NCBI GenBank assembly: GCA_051294375.1
Contig: CM119264.1
Coordinates: 2,435,631-2,499,630, forward strand
DNA: 64,000 nucleotides
Source: Paraspadella gotoi
Taxonomy: Eukaryota > Animalia > Chaetognatha
Reading direction: 5' to 3'
The notes under the pieces are model-generated. The model was not told the DNA's origin. It saw only the letters and a program-made list of their open reading frames with translations, and ran no database searches. Shown one piece after another: positions 19,201 through 33,514 of the stretch. The position numbers and the translations under genes are program-made. Every line of letters starts with the position of its first letter. Within the stretch, counting starts at the first letter, position 1.

Positions 19201-22200
19201 TCAAGTTGAAGGTTTTGACTCGTCGCTAGTCTCGACGATGGTCCTCTCCTTGGCCTTGACCACATTGTAGAGCCACTTGATCACCCGCGCGTTTCGTTCT
19301 ATAACGGAAACATCCCTCGAGTTTCGTCCGATTAGCGGGTGGCCGCGACCCAAGGCGCCGCCCTCTCCGTCTTCGTCGTCGCCGAAGTCGCTTCCGGTCG
19401 ATCTGACGTCGCCGGGGAAAAATTCAACTATTTTTATTATGGATTTAAAAAGTACGAAACGGATTTAAAATGTATAAAAGGGTTAATAACAAGTGAGAAA
19501 AGCTTTCATGGAAGTTTAATTTTATTATTTTTTGGATACTCTTGATAAGGTTTGATAATAAATTAGTTTTCCAAATAATATTTAGGAGTTTCATAGTAGT
19601 ATTGTATAAAAATTTTGCTATAGGCCCCTACTATATCCTTACCGAATTCGATCGCTTCCAGTTCGCGGAAAAGAGTCGAGGGAGGATCCAGAGTCTCCCA
19701 AAGCATTTCCGGAACTCCCGCCGTTGCCGGCGCCGAGTGCGCCTGCTCCTTCGTCAGCCCCGCCGCCACCGCCGTCGCCACCGCCGCCGCCGCCGCCTAA
19801 CGCGTCCCAGTCAACGCTTTCCGAAGTGGAAAACAAAACGCTCTGATCGATTCCCATGGAATCAAAGAACCGGTCCAAATCCGGAGAATGTTTCTGAGAA
19901 ATTCAATTGTTATCGATTTAGGTATTATTAAAATAAATTATTAACTAATAACCGATTAAAGACCTGTTGTAGAAGAGTAGCGAATTGTCCGCTGTTATTA
20001 GCCTTTTGTCCTGCGTCCGATTTGGACCTTTGAACGACAATACCTTTTCCGGGAGAACTTCCGTTTGAGTTTTCGCGTGATTTCTGAGAAAAAGTGAAAA
20101 AGTGAAAAAATGAAAATAATAAACCTTATAAACCTTGAAACGGTAGAATAATCCTCACCAAACTTACCCATTTTGTTTCACGGGGTGATGATTCTAATTG
20201 GTCCCTGGATCCAGTCAACTGATAGCTTGATCTATTTCTCGGCGTTATTTTGTCGGGACTGTTGTTGGCATCCTTGCATTCGTTATTATCTAATTCAAAG
20301 AAAAGACAAAACTTTCAGTTAAACTTAAAGGCATTCAAAAATAAAGTCAAACTGACAGTCACACCTGAAATGTTGGAATGAAGGTTTTTTTCGCGCACAT
20401 CTGCAATTCCGCCTGGAAAGGGGAGATTGAGTTTCAATGAGATGTTTTTATTCATATCAAATTATCATACAAACATATACATTAACAGCGAAATATTTTA
20501 CAACGGAAAAAAAAAAGCAATTTAGGTAATAACTAATCAAGACATTGTATCGAATTAATTTTAATAAAACTGTGTGAACAAAGACTAACTTATGTGGCAG
20601 AAGTTGTAAATGTGGGGTACCCAGGGGATTCCCTAAGTGTTCCAATACTTTGTCATCTATTTCATCCAAAGATTTATTTGACACAATTTGAAGCTAAATT
20701 TAGTTTGTTCATGTCTTTGAATAAAATTCTTACACTTCACATCCATATATCAGCAGTAACACGCAGTTGCTGTAAAAAATCTACAAAAGTACAGTACAGT
20801 GTCCGTAATTTAGTCAGAAAATTTTTAAAAATTAAATAAAGAGCAAATAACTAGGCTTCGGTACAAGAAACTTGTTTTTTGGACCATTTAAACTTAAACT
20901 TTATAACTTCGTTTTTACTTATTTTTTCTAAACAAATTCTCTTTTTATATCCGAGATAGAATAAGAAAGGAGTTCGGCGATGGATGGATCGATATTCACC
21001 GGGACATCAACGAGTGAAGCTTGAAGAGTAACGACTTTGCATCAGGCTCGCCATGTCGATGAAGGGCACGCTTGCTTTTTCTTTCTTTCTTTCTTTCTTT
21101 CTTTCTCTCTCTCTCTCCTTCTCAAAGTCAACTCTGCGTTGTCGTTTAACCTTTCGCGTTTCTCCGCCTTCACCCTCCGATAAATCATTGTCCTTAGGCC
21201 AGAAAACAACGATTATCTCCGTTCTCGAGACTGCAAGAATCAATATTGCTGTTAAAACGAACTGAGAGGGAAAAGACTCTCGCAAGATCTCACCCAATTG
21301 TGCTCGAACAAGAAGAGGCGGGGAAAAACCTCAAAATCACTTCCGAATTCCTCATCGCCTCATTTTTAATTTAACAAAATTTTAAAGGATGAAAGATCGA
21401 AAGGATTTTTGTATTCGAACCAAAACATCAAAACTTTTCAACCTTTTGATGGCGTACCAGATAATCTGCGTTTGTTTGCGATCGCGATCTTTTGCTTCTA
21501 ATCCCAATAACATTCGAACGCGAGGCACGACCAGTGAAATTTTTCTCCGACTAAACTCCAGCGGCGCGCATTATACATTTGCAGATTTTCGCCAGACGCA
21601 ACGCGGCCACAAATCGCTAACAAAGACGAGAGAAATTAGAAAAATAAGATCCGTTCCGCCGAATGGCATCGCATTTTCATTCCAAAGAATTGTGCTTCAA
21701 GGAGAGAATGTTTATTTGTCGTGTGCAATGAGGGAACCAATTGCCTGGTTGAAGAATGATTACATCATCTTCATGGAAAATCTCCAAATGTTCGACGAAT
21801 ACAAATTTGGGAAAGGTATACATAGAAAATAATGAAAATCCTATATGGAGTAAATTCATACATATTATCGGCAGTAAAAAATTAATTTTAGGGAAGTTTA
21901 AACTGGATGCAAATAGATCGAAAAGCAGATATTCTTTACTCATACGATCTGTGAGACTAGAGGATGCTGGCGCGTACTTTTGTCAAAATAAAGAAGGTTT
22001 GCGGACGAGATTATCAATAACGGTAAGATAAGAGAAAAATTAAAACAAACATTTTTTGAATTATAACATTGAATTTAATTATCTTTGGAGGTTGCTGAAC
22101 AACCGCAATGTTTCAAAGGAATTACCGCATTAAATGAAGGAGATGTAACAACTTACGAATGTGTAGTGAAAATCAGAGGCGAGAACGCTGCCGATGCTCA

Positions 22201-25200
22201 AATTGGATGGAACAAGGAAAAAATAGTAAAATCATTCAAACAAAACTATTCGTCATCAACAATAATTTCCTCTCAAATTGAATACAGGTGAAGACTTAGG
22301 GATAATTTATTTCAAGGTTTATTAAAAACGTACATACAAGTATTTTTTAAAATCATAAATAGGGCACAATTTATGGACAACCTGGATCAAGTTATGTGCT
22401 TTGTTAACAACCCTATATGGAATAGAACTTCGCCTCGACTCAATTGTTCTATTGGTGCATTATCCATAAAATTTAAACCAAAACTTATGTGCAGTGGAAC
22501 GCAAACATTTAAACTGGTATCATATAAATGATAAAAAAATAACAGCTGGGCATAATTAAATTTTTCAATTGATATGTGGTAACAGGGAATGTATCAAGTC
22601 TCGTGTGATTGTATTTCAAACCCAACGGTGGCTCCTAAACAGCTTCATTGGTATATTTTGTTCGGCCAAAAACAACTTGAAATAAACAAAATTGAAAACG
22701 TAACAAGAATGGACAGCAAAATACCCCACGGGTGAATTTAAAACTACTAAATCTTAAAAATTAATCATTTACATGGCTTTAAAAATCATATAAATTCTTC
22801 CCAATACAGTTTTCGATCAAGAATCGAGATACCGTCTTGCTTGGTAGAAGGTCATGGAAGAACTGTGGAAATATTCGTAAAAGTTTTACAAGGGGAAGAA
22901 GAAATTTGGAAATCAATAAAACTGATAGGCAACACAACCCAAACAACCCTGTAAGTAGTTTAAAAATTAAGATTTAGTCACTAATTTCTTCATATACATT
23001 ATACATAAATATATACATTTACACTTTATCTACTACATTTAATTATTAACTTACTATATTAATACAGTTTGATAACAGCCTTGGCTGCCACAACTGTCAC
23101 CATCCTCATATTATCGTCAATCGCATGCATTTTCTATCGATTCCACTATAATACCATAAGCAACTATAGACACGGGGAAAGCATTTCATCTTCAAACGTC
23201 GTTCAGGATGTCTACCACTTTGAAAGTAACACAGGCTGTCTACATTCAAAAACAGAAGAGCTCAATAATACAAAACCGACCTCAGGGAGGCGAGAAGTTT
23301 CCTTTAAAAACAATTTCTGAAAAAGACAATTGAATAAATAATTGTGATATTCGCCTAAAAAACTACTGGTTTCTGTGATAATTTCAGCTCAACTTAAGCT
23401 CATTTTAAATTTAGGTAAAATATAACAAAAACCCATAAAAATGCGTCGTCATAGAACGGAAAGAGAGCGAGCCGCACTCAATTTCTTAAAAAACATTTCC
23501 TTTGATGGCAATAGAAGCACAGACTTTCGTCAATTTAACTATTGCCAAGAAAAACGTTGCGATTGTCTGATATGTCAACACAGCTTAGTATCCAACGACA
23601 GATTTTATAACGACAGCCAAAAACCATCGTCGAAATATGAAATTGGCCTCAGTGACAAAACCAGCTCATCTACATCCGTTGAAACCATTCGAATAGATAC
23701 TTCAACGACGAATTACGAATTTAATTTAGAGAGAAGGTCAGTAATGAGATTAGTTATACAAATTTGATGGTCGTTGCTAGAATTAACTAACAAATATTTT
23801 TTCTTTGAAAAAAAGACTGTCCAATATCAAATCATTCAGATCAGACTCGGAGGAAAAAGAAAAACCGTCACAGAGGAACGTCTACTTCACGCCGTCTAGT
23901 GTGCTTACCAGCCAAGGGGTCAACAAGCGAATAATTTTCGTAGATGGTAAGATCAAGGAACATTTCCTTAATTAATTAACTTCGAGGGAAAAAGATATAA
24001 TACCGATCATCGCAGGACGACATCGAACGCCCATATCAGTCACGTCGGTTCTCCCTTGCCAAGAAATCCGGGCGACTAACCGAAAATCATCAGGGGACGA
24101 GTTGACCTCTGCCAAAAGTCCGCAACAGGGACGAAAAAAGGAAGTCACCGATCGAGAAGACGAGGACTCGATCCGAGATCAATCGTCCAACAGAAAACCA
24201 AAGCTGACGCTCGCGATAACGACGCCGTTGCGGGCGAAGACTTCAGGAGCGGCGGCCTCGACAACAAGCGCCGCGGTCAAAAAGACTGCGGCTCCGAAGC
24301 GCTCGAAAGCGATCGAACCGAAGCGGCGGGCGGTGCCGCTGATCAAAAGCCTGCTGCGCTCGCGCGGTCGCGGTGAGGCTTCGAGCGAAGTGTCTTTTCG
24401 AACTCTACTGGGAACGACGTCGACGTCGTCGGCCGCGACGACGGATAAATCAAAAACGGGATCCGAAAACGGCGCGACTGTTGGGGTCGAAGACGGAAGG
24501 AAAGACTCGGGAAGACCAGAGAGGCCCGTCGCCGATGAGTCGGAAAACAACGATCAACAACCAGAAGATCAAATCGACATCGGGATAGAAATTAATACCG
24601 GTAAGGAAATAAATATCTCAAGACTTAACTAAACCTGTCCGGCGCCTCGATTCAACGCCTTCGTTCGACAGATCTGAAAGAGAACCAAGCTCCCTACGAC
24701 CCTTGGACCCTCGACGATCCAGAATTGACGACGGGAAAATACAAGACGCTCATGACGCTGCCATCTTACGTCACATCCGTTCTTCACTACGCGAGCAGAG
24801 CCGATCTCAAGAGAGAATTGAACGATCAGTTTAAAAGAAGGTGATTTTGCTAATTAAATGATTACTTTTTTAAGCATTAAAGTTAAATCAACCTCAAGGT
24901 TTCCGGACATTGAGTTAACCCTCTCGAAACTGCGCAGCTTGAAACGAGAGATGAACCAAATCGGTGTCCGCTGCGATTTGGAAACAGCGACCGTCTCCGC
25001 GGCCTTTGTTTACTTTGAGAAACTCGTTCTTAAGAGATTCATCAACAAAAAAAATCGAAAGATCGTCGCGGGAAACTGCATCATCGTCGCGGCTAAATTG
25101 GACGACGTCAAAGGTTTAGGGTTGGGTGTTGTTGTTGTTGTTGTTTGAGGCACCAGCGGGTTTCGATTTAGTCTTACACTCATCTCAATGGCTGAGCAGT

Positions 25201-28200
25201 GAGCACGGAGCAGGCAAAATCAGTTCGTCACAACCGTGCGTCCCGGGTTCAACCCCTGGGTATACCCGTTCAGGCGAAAAAGTAAGGGGACAGGTTTAGA
25301 CATGCCAGTGACAGGAGCCGGTCCCTGAGGGTCCACGGCCCCTGCGAAAATTGGGGAGGTAATAATTCTAGAACATTTTTTATTTCAAAAACTTAAAAAG
25401 GCTAAGTCAGCGCGGCGAATGGGACACTCCTACCCCCCTAATTTTTTGTTTTTTTAAATTCAGGCGCCGAAATGGAGATTCTCATTTCCGACATAGAAGA
25501 GTCCTTGAGAATCGCGAAAAGAGATGTTCTCAAAATGGAAATCTTCGTTCTCGTCGCTCTAGAATTTTCTTTGAAGCTTCAAAGACACGAAGTCTTTCCG
25601 CATTATCAGCGATTAAAAACCGATTGTTATTAAAATTTGTTCGTTTTTTTCGTTTTTAACTTTTGGACAAATTACTTCCACATCATCGGACTTACCCGCG
25701 TTGCGGTTGTCGTCGCCGGCGGACAAAACGCGCTTCTTCGGTGGAACGGGTCGATGCGGAGATGGCGTCAGAGTCGGCAGTCTTATTAAATTAAAATAAA
25801 AGAATCACCATTAAGAATGTATTAAAAAGAGAAAGAACGCCAAAGGTCGAAGCGGTTAGATATTAAAGCTGGTTGGCAACGAACCTATTGGGGACGGACT
25901 TCCCTTCCCAGGCTCGATCGGGGCCGACGACTTCCAGAGTGCGAGAGAGATCAGAGGAATTGGGCGTCGGGACTGGTTGGTGCCGGGGTTTCTTTGGATG
26001 GTGACCTGAATGACGATACACAAATGGAATTAGGTCTTTCAAATCTCACATTTTTAGCGAGAAAGAGCGAGACTCACCTTCGCGCTTCCACTGCTCCTCG
26101 TCTGAGGTGGTGGACGCGTCGGAGACAATGGCGAGCTTCTTGGCGCTGGCGTGAAGACTTTCCGAGTCTGGTCAATGGAAAAAAAGATAATTAACGGTTT
26201 CATCGTGGCAACGACTGAATCATGGACAGAATCATGAAAAGGGTATCGGACAGAGTCATATTAATTTGTCGTCAAAAAAATGTTTTCAAGAATAAGTTTT
26301 TTTAAACAACAAAATATATTAATTTTTTTTTATCAAAGGATCTTAATCGACAAAATACGTTGTCAAGGACAAAGTCTCATAAGGGATAAGCCATATGGTC
26401 TAGCATCAAGCATAAGGACAAGGTTTAATGTCAAAGATAATCTTCTCCCTCACACCTTTACCGCTCATCGCCTGTCGCGCAGAAGGGACTGGGGCTTTCG
26501 ACGATGACACGGTCGACGGATGGGCGGGCTTTCCGTTGCGGCCTCGAGGTTTGAGCGCGGGGACAGGAGGTGCGACCGATGAAGGCGCCGACGGGACGGA
26601 CGCCGGCGCCGTGGAGAGACGCGATTGGCGGACGAGGAGATGAGAGACGACGGGACGGGGCGTGGAATTGGAGGAGGCGGCAGAGGGCGCGTGAGAGAAC
26701 TTGTCGAGGACGTCGTCACCCGTGCTCGGCGTCTCTCCGACCAGGTTTTCCCGAGAAGACGAGGACGACGACGGAGACGCCGTCGCGTCCAAGAGTTCGC
26801 CTACCGTTGTAGGGTGGGGGGGGGAGGGGGAAGATGGAGAGGGGGGAATGTTGAATAATACGTTATTTTCTTCATTGTTATTGTAGTGGACGACGCTCAT
26901 TGCACACAAGTCTCAGAAACTGCGGATCTGACTTTAGCGCCGCCAAACATTTTGAGGCAACTCATCGCCAACACGAAACCAATTAGGACGGGAGAAACTT
27001 CGTATTGCCTTCCGTTGTAATATCTGACGAGTCTCGGATAAGTGGAGACTCGGAGAGGTAAATTCACACTTCTTTTCGTTACATTGCCATCCCATACGTC
27101 ACACTCAAACGCCGTCACACCGCCCCCCTTCCACCCACCGGACGAAGAGGCCCGGATTTCCTTGAGTTTGAGGGCGCTGTGATGAACGAGGAGCGGCGTC
27201 GGAGTAAAAGCCAACGACGCCGGTTTGGTGTCACACGGCGCGGGTCCGTCGACGACGCCGCTGTCCGAAACGGAGCCGGCGTCGACGGCGTCGCGGTCAC
27301 GTCCGGCGTGAGACGCGGCGTCGCGAGTCAGACTGACCAACATGGTTGGATCTGCGGGGAGATAAAAGAGGGGAAAAAAACATTAACATAGCTGATGGGA
27401 TAATGAATTTTTAATCTAGTTTTACTGTTTCAAACCCATTCAATCAAACTTTTAGGGTCAAAAGTTTTAGTCAGCGATGGGATAAGTGCCTCACCGTTTG
27501 TACTAATTATCTATATTCACTATTCATCGATCTAATCATCTATCGTTTTACCACCAAGAGAGATCAAACTCCCGTCGTGAAATCAAAATAAGATCCAACT
27601 CTCACCCGCGTTATGACTAGTGACTCGCAAGACCCCAGAGAAATTGGGCTCCTGCTTCCGCTCTCTGACTTGAGCGGATTTGACGTAGAGAGACTTGGAT
27701 GCCTCGAGCAACTCCACTGCCGACTTCCCGCCCGTCGACGTTCGATTCCCGGGTTTCCCGCCGAAGATGCTCAATGAAAAACCGCCCGTCGAGGCTGAGA
27801 AGATAAGAGTGGGGAGGAGACGTGAGGAAAGGTGAGAAGTGAGACGGAAGTGAAAGGACTGAAATGCGAACAGTGCGGTTGAAAAGAAGTCGTCTAAAGT
27901 GGAAGATAAAACTATATTTATTTTGGGTTAAATGTTTTAATATTCATCCATAACTATTTTGTTTAGCAGTGTAAATAATTCATAAAAAAAAGTTTATTTT
28001 ACATGTTTCTAAAAGAATTTAAAAAAAAAACCAAACATTCTTCTGTATTTATCCAAAAATAGTTTTTAATCGGGCCTCAAACGACGAATCGCATCGGATC
28101 CCTTAATATCTAACCTCCTTCGGATCTCGAGTCCAAGACGCGGCTGGAAGATTTGCTCCTCAATCTCGCTCCCGAGGATTTTTGAGCTGCGGTAGTCCTT

Positions 28201-29217
28201 TGACCCTGGGTCGATCGCGACCCCATGACGCCAGCGTCGAAGGGAAAAGGTTTCGCGGTGCGGGACTCTCGGGGTCTGGGAGCGTCGAGAATTAAGGTTT
28301 GAATTAAAAGGTTCCGCACATTTACAGAGGAGATTTCTCGAAACTCTTGTCCTAGATGACAACATTTTTTAATTGTAAACACTAAAACACACTAAAAACT
28401 AAACACTGTTATAATTCACAAAACAAATTGTTTTTAATTTTATGTTTATTTCTACCCTCGAACCGAAACTCACTATTATAATTAACTGCGGAAGCAGAAT
28501 GAATGCGGGACACGCGCGAGGTATCGGGGCGACGAAACTCTGCGAGGAGAGAGAGAAGAAATAAAGTGAGGATCGAATGACAACTTTAACGGATCGATCA
28601 TGCAGGAAAATCTCACCCTCTAGCGTCGGTCCGCCGTCGGCGCCAGAATGGGCGTTCTCTTTGTCCAGGTTGTCCAGCGAGACGCCGCCGGCGAGGGACG
28701 ATTTCAGCTTCTTTACGCCCAGAGATGGGCGTGTCGGGGGGCTACCGCCATCTAGGGTCGAGGGGAATTGAAACGAATAGGATCACTTATACTTTAGTTA
28801 ACTCACACTGAGCACTTACCGGAATCGTAATGCGGAACTTGTATTTTATGTGCACTTTTGGGCGTCGTCTTCAGCTGTGGCGATAATCCTACATCGAGAG
28901 AGGAACATTAATGGTTTCAAACTAGTCGCGTCCCAAAATGGATCAGAGTTCACATTCGGGACTTTACCGGTTCGCGCGTAGATGGCGTCGGCGGCGAAGG
29001 TAGTGCGAGGTTTGGCCAAGATTTGGTTGATGAGTCCCAAGGAGGACGAAGAAGACTGAGCGCGTTTAGAATTTGGCGAAAGCAAATTATCATCGTAACC
29101 GGTTCGGGCTGGGAATTTAAAAAAGGTTGGGTAACTCGGATGATAATTAAAAGGATATTGGTTAACGAAAGGATTTCCAAATAATAAAAGTGACAACTCA
29201 CCAACTTTGGTTTCCAT
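19201..29217 (-). CDS. FAM110: FAM110-family protein, many exons, with a large intron spanning the Ig gene and CABLES
   Basis: N-terminal motif [20 protein letters not shown] (~27730-27670). C-terminal motifs [17 protein letters not shown] and [14 protein letters not shown] (~20020-19270). Exon phases are compatible across the donor at 25695; internal exon use is uncertain. Confidence 0.75.
21449..23320 (+). CDS. Single-pass membrane protein with about 3 Ig-like domains (AT-rich), nested antisense in FAM110
   Basis: GENVYLSC...[23 protein letters not shown] (V-set), further Cys/Trp Ig exons, [25 protein letters not shown]. The start codon is uncertain. Confidence 0.75.
23441..25633 (+). CDS. 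CABLES: CABLES (CDK5 and ABL substrate) cyclin-like protein, nested antisense in FAM110
   Basis: N-terminal [14 protein letters not shown]; C-terminal [11 protein letters not shown]...LKRELNDQF...[18 protein letters not shown]...FVYFEKL...AAKL...LVALEFSL...PHYQRL. Confidence 0.9.
25180..25350 (+). mobile_element. Decayed tRNA-headed SINE-like element with a degenerate twister core, in a CABLES intron
   Basis: A-box-like TGGCTGAGCAGTG, B-box-like GGTTCAACCC, and core ACATGCCAGTGAC...GTCCCTGAGGGTCCACGGCCCC homologous to the 48841, 49067 and 55758 copies. Confidence 0.6.
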
Positions 29218-30003
29218 GTTTGGGAGGGGAGAGAGAAACTGAGAGGGCGTCCGATGTCTCGGCGACCCGGCGTCAACTCCAAAAGGTCAAGAATCAGCGC
29301 CGTCATCCATCAAACACGGTTTATCTATTTATCAATCCGAGTTCGGGTGAGTTTGGGTAAGTCGTCTGGAAAATAGTCGTCCGTTTCAGGAGAGTAAAAC
29401 GAGTGTGAGGGCAGGAATATTTTTCACGAAGATATCACAGACGCAGTGTGGCTAAAGTTTCACGTTTTCGGCTTCCATCTCGATCGAAAAATAAGTTTTA
29501 AATAGGAATGGAATAAAAACTGGCGGTGGAAATCGTTACCTAATAGAAGAAAAAAAGTTATAAATATAACGGGAGAAAAGTAAACAAAATTCCCGCGAGT
29601 CGCGGGACGAAAAGTCGAAAAAAGAAAAAAACCTCGGAATGCGATGTTTAGTTTTTGTTTACTCAAAAAGAACTGATGTCGCGAACTAACGAATTAGGAC
29701 GTGAAATGTTTTTGGGAAGAGAAGGAAAAGGAAAGATGCATCTGGGTCGAGGAGAAAGATAAAAAAAACAACGTCTGGTCAATTTAACGGCGATGGCGAA
29801 AGGTTAAGGGAAAGCGGGTCATTCTCCGCGGAAAGATAACGTATAATAAAAATTTAACTTTTTTCTTCTTCTTTATTCACGGATAAAAAAAGGGATAAAA
29901 ACCCTTAATATAAGCGGCGGAACAATAATTAGACAAAACAGGGTGGAACAATACTCGCGTCGGGAAATAAAAATGGAGTTTGACGTGGAATCCTGAAGCT
30001 AAT

Positions 30004-31497
30004 TCAGCATCGACTGAAGGCGGTCTTGATCGAGATGCTCTTAGCGACGGCGAAATCGGGGTCTTGCCACAGCGAGTCCTCGACGCTCGCCGTCGCGCGA
30101 AAGCTCGTTCGTAGGCTGGAGTGACAAGGAGTTTAAACAAATAAAACAGAACAAAAAAACAAAGAGTAAAGACCTCGGCAATAGATGGCGCAGATATCTC
30201 CCGCTAAACCGGGTGAAGTCTGCGTCGTCGGTCCAAAGCTCGAGACGAAAGACGTCGCCCGTGACTACGATCTCGAGGCGACCCCGGTTGTTGTCGGGGA
30301 CGTTGACGGAGACCAGCGTAACATCCTGTCGACGGAAAATTAAGAGAACGTACGAAGCTTGTAACAATAAAAGAACGAATTTAGACTGACAATGACCGCA
30401 ACTGACAAGCACCAAAAATGTGACTTAATTTGGATAACGCCAAGGACAATTGGAAATCGGATTTAGACAATTATCCAAATCGGATTTGAACCCAAGACCA
30501 TAAGATTTTCTCCCCTTTTTAGATTTTCTTCGAAGTGGATGGAGCTTGTACGAATGGAGCTCCGTCATGGAGGCGCGGAGTCCGTAGCAGTCGTTGGGAC
30601 CGAACACCTGCGCCAATTGGCAAGGGACGAACCGTTCCGGAAACAGCAACAGCGACAAAAAAGAAAATCAGCCCAGTCAGCTCCAATACTCAACCGGGCT
30701 AAAGAGCAGGTGGAGCTGACAGAGATTCCTTAGGATCTTTTTGGCCTCGGACGAATCGGGGAGGTCCATGCTGGAGACGATGGCGTAGTCCACGGGCTGA
30801 GGGTGAACATCGATGACGACGAGACGCTTGAGAAGCAGGAATCGGTCGCACGGGCGGAAGGAGCGCCAAAAGGCGACGGGGATCGGAGGATCGAGAGGCG
30901 GAGAGCTAGAGAAGATTCTGAGTTGGGAGAGAGAGATAGATGAAGTCCATGAAAAATGACCAAAAATATCGAACTAAAAAGGGAAATCAAGTATCAAGCT
31001 GAAAAAAAAAAAGACAATATATGATTATAATAAAAAAGAAATGAATAAAAAAAGAAGAGAACGAAAAATAAATAATGATATAGAATGAGAGAGCAAGAAA
31101 AAGAAAGGAAGTCGTCTAACGACCTGCAAAAAAGCTGACGAGTCTTGAACAACTTTTCTGCAAAGACTTCCTCATCGAGAGACTCGAAGACGACGCCGGC
31201 GGACGACGCCGCCGCTTCGTCCCTGGTGCGGCGCCGCGGAGGCGAGTGAGCGTCTCCGGAAGACAAGATCGCGAACTCCTGACGCTGCGGGAATGAATGA
31301 TTGATTGAATGATTGATCGATCGACGAGCAAAGGAAAAAATTGCCTCGATGAAGCGAGGTTTCTCGGTCCAAGAGAAGAGACTAAAGCCGGAACTCCTCA
31401 GCGACGGAAGCGCCTGCGCTGCACCAGCCGCACCAGCCGCACCGCGCCTCGAACGCTTGCAGGTTTTCTTCACTCGAGTCGTCCCGTTTTTGAGTCC
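30004..31497 (-). CDS. Uncharacterised multi-exon gene (first exon not located)
   Basis: Open GC-rich exons with plausible splice sites (not all junctions resolved): PLDPPIPVAFWRSFRPCDRFLLLKRL...; DVTLVSVNVPDNNRGRLEIVVTGDVFRLELW...; SLRTSF...TAFSRC*. Confidence 0.5.
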
Positions 31498-33504
31498 TAG
31501 AAATTAGAATAGGAGATGGCGCCGCGGATTGGGGAATGGAAGGACTTTAAGGGATTTTCCTTTCGCGGACCGAGTGGGGGGGGGGAAAGGATGACCTTTT
31601 TGTTTCCCCGATCTGTCGTGATAATTGAGCCGATCGGGAGGACGAATGTCTCTCTTGTCCCGCAAAATAATCGAGAAAGAAGAATCTATTGGAAAATGGT
31701 GTTTTGAGGGGGATCAACTAGCAGTGGACAAGACATTTCCGGGCCATCTAGTGGCCAGAATTTGAACGATCACCCTTGGCGCGAGAAGGAGACTTTTCCG
31801 TTTCAGAAGACGAACTCCTTTTGCGTTTTCCCATTTTTTTTTTTTTTTTTTTTTTGAGTCGCGCGAATGAAGAGCGAGATTTTTTTTTGTCGTTACGAAA
31901 ATTTCGAGGGAGTGAAGAAAATGAAGAAACTTGGGGATAGAAGATAATTCTTATCTGAGATTTTATCTGAAGGTTATATTGCGAATTTCTACCCGTTTTA
32001 GCTCGACAACGCGTGTAAAATTAAAAAGGAATATGTGAACTTAGCTAGGATTTTATGGATAATTACCAATTAGTTGAAATTACTTGAATGAAATTACTTG
32101 ATTGGAACGTCACCAGCTGTGGATCTTTTATATAAGGTAAACGTGTGTCATCCCATTAAACACTTGAAGGCTTAAAGAGGGAGGACCTCTGCCGAGAAAA
32201 AGTTTGGGTAACGTCTTTTGTTCATAGAAAGAATATTTCCCCTCGCTACTCTTAATAGTACTTTAAAAAATGTTTCACAATAGCTAAATTCAATAGACAA
32301 ACCTTTCGAAATAAATTGCATGTTGCTTAGATGTACCTATAAATTTATCCAATGGCGAACACAAATACCTAAAATTATAATAAAGAAGTAGTTGCGCCGG
32401 CTTTCCCTGATTGCTTAGTTGCTTACCCCTTGTCTTAAGATAAACAACTCGGGTCTCGGGGGGGGGGGAAGGGTTCCTTCCCCAAATATTCGACCATCGC
32501 CGAAATATGCTTTTTCAAGCCTTGGTATTTTTCTGTTTAATTTGGTCGTTAAGTGGAGTAATTTCTATTCGTATATATATTGGTTGTATGGATTGTAGTA
32601 TGAAAGTTGTAAAATTACTTGTTTCACTATTTTTCCTTTTTTTTTTAGATTTAAAGTTGGCGCGATTATGTCCTTTATTTTTATTTCTTTTTTTACTGTT
32701 GCGGAATGCAATATGAATTTTTTAATTTCTAATTAATTCTAATTTCTTTTTAATTTTTAATTTCTCTAGCTCCTGACTTTATACAGGCTGTACGTAGTAC
32801 TATCAATCTTGATATCAAATAAAATACTCATAATATTAACATCCTTCCACAGTCCAAGCGAAGCTTCAAGTTAATTTACCATCTAATTTTTCCAGTTATT
32901 TTAATCAAGTTTTCATCATCTTCTAACTTGACTAATTGAAGAAGTGGCTAAATGATTTATGACGTGACGATTCCGACGTTTACTTTATCACCTCGGAAAA
33001 AATAAAGTTCTCTTTTCCTCCTTTTCATTTTGTTAGTCTTTTTTTTTTAACGATGACGTTTACGAAACTCGAGGAAATTAAAATCCTCGTTACTTTTATA
33101 ACGAGACAAAGTCCATCATTTCCCCGGATAGACTCTTCCCCCTTTTAATCTGCCCACTCGATGCGGTTGGGCCGTCGGCTGTCGGCAGGAGGTTCGTAAC
33201 CCTTAAAAGCTCTCACAATCACACAGAATCATCACGCACGCAAACTCAGGAGTTGAGAAGAGAGCAGCTAATCGTTCGACCCAGTCTTAGCGACTCATGG
33301 GTCGAGAATAAATCATCCGCCGAATTGCGTCCGGGTCGAAGGGGGTTTCGTGTAAATCCTCAAACGTCAAATAGTTTTAATGAAAAACGTAACGTAACCT
33401 ACTTTCACTTCCTCTCTCTCCCTCTCTGCCCACTCAAATGTCAAACTCCTTCCCCAAACTTTTTCATCTTCGATCACATTTCTTTTTCCCGGTGACGAAT
33501 GACG

Positions 33505-33514
33505 NNNNNNNNNN
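33505..33514. other. Assembly gap (10 N) flanked by a duplicated ~48 bp sequence
   Basis: aaactttttcatcttcga(t/c)cacat(t/g)tctttttcccggtgacgaatgacg occurs on both sides of the gap. Confidence 0.95.

Noticed and set aside
27024-27055. CTGACGA plus a stem, hammerhead-like
   Set aside because: No GAAA after the stem.
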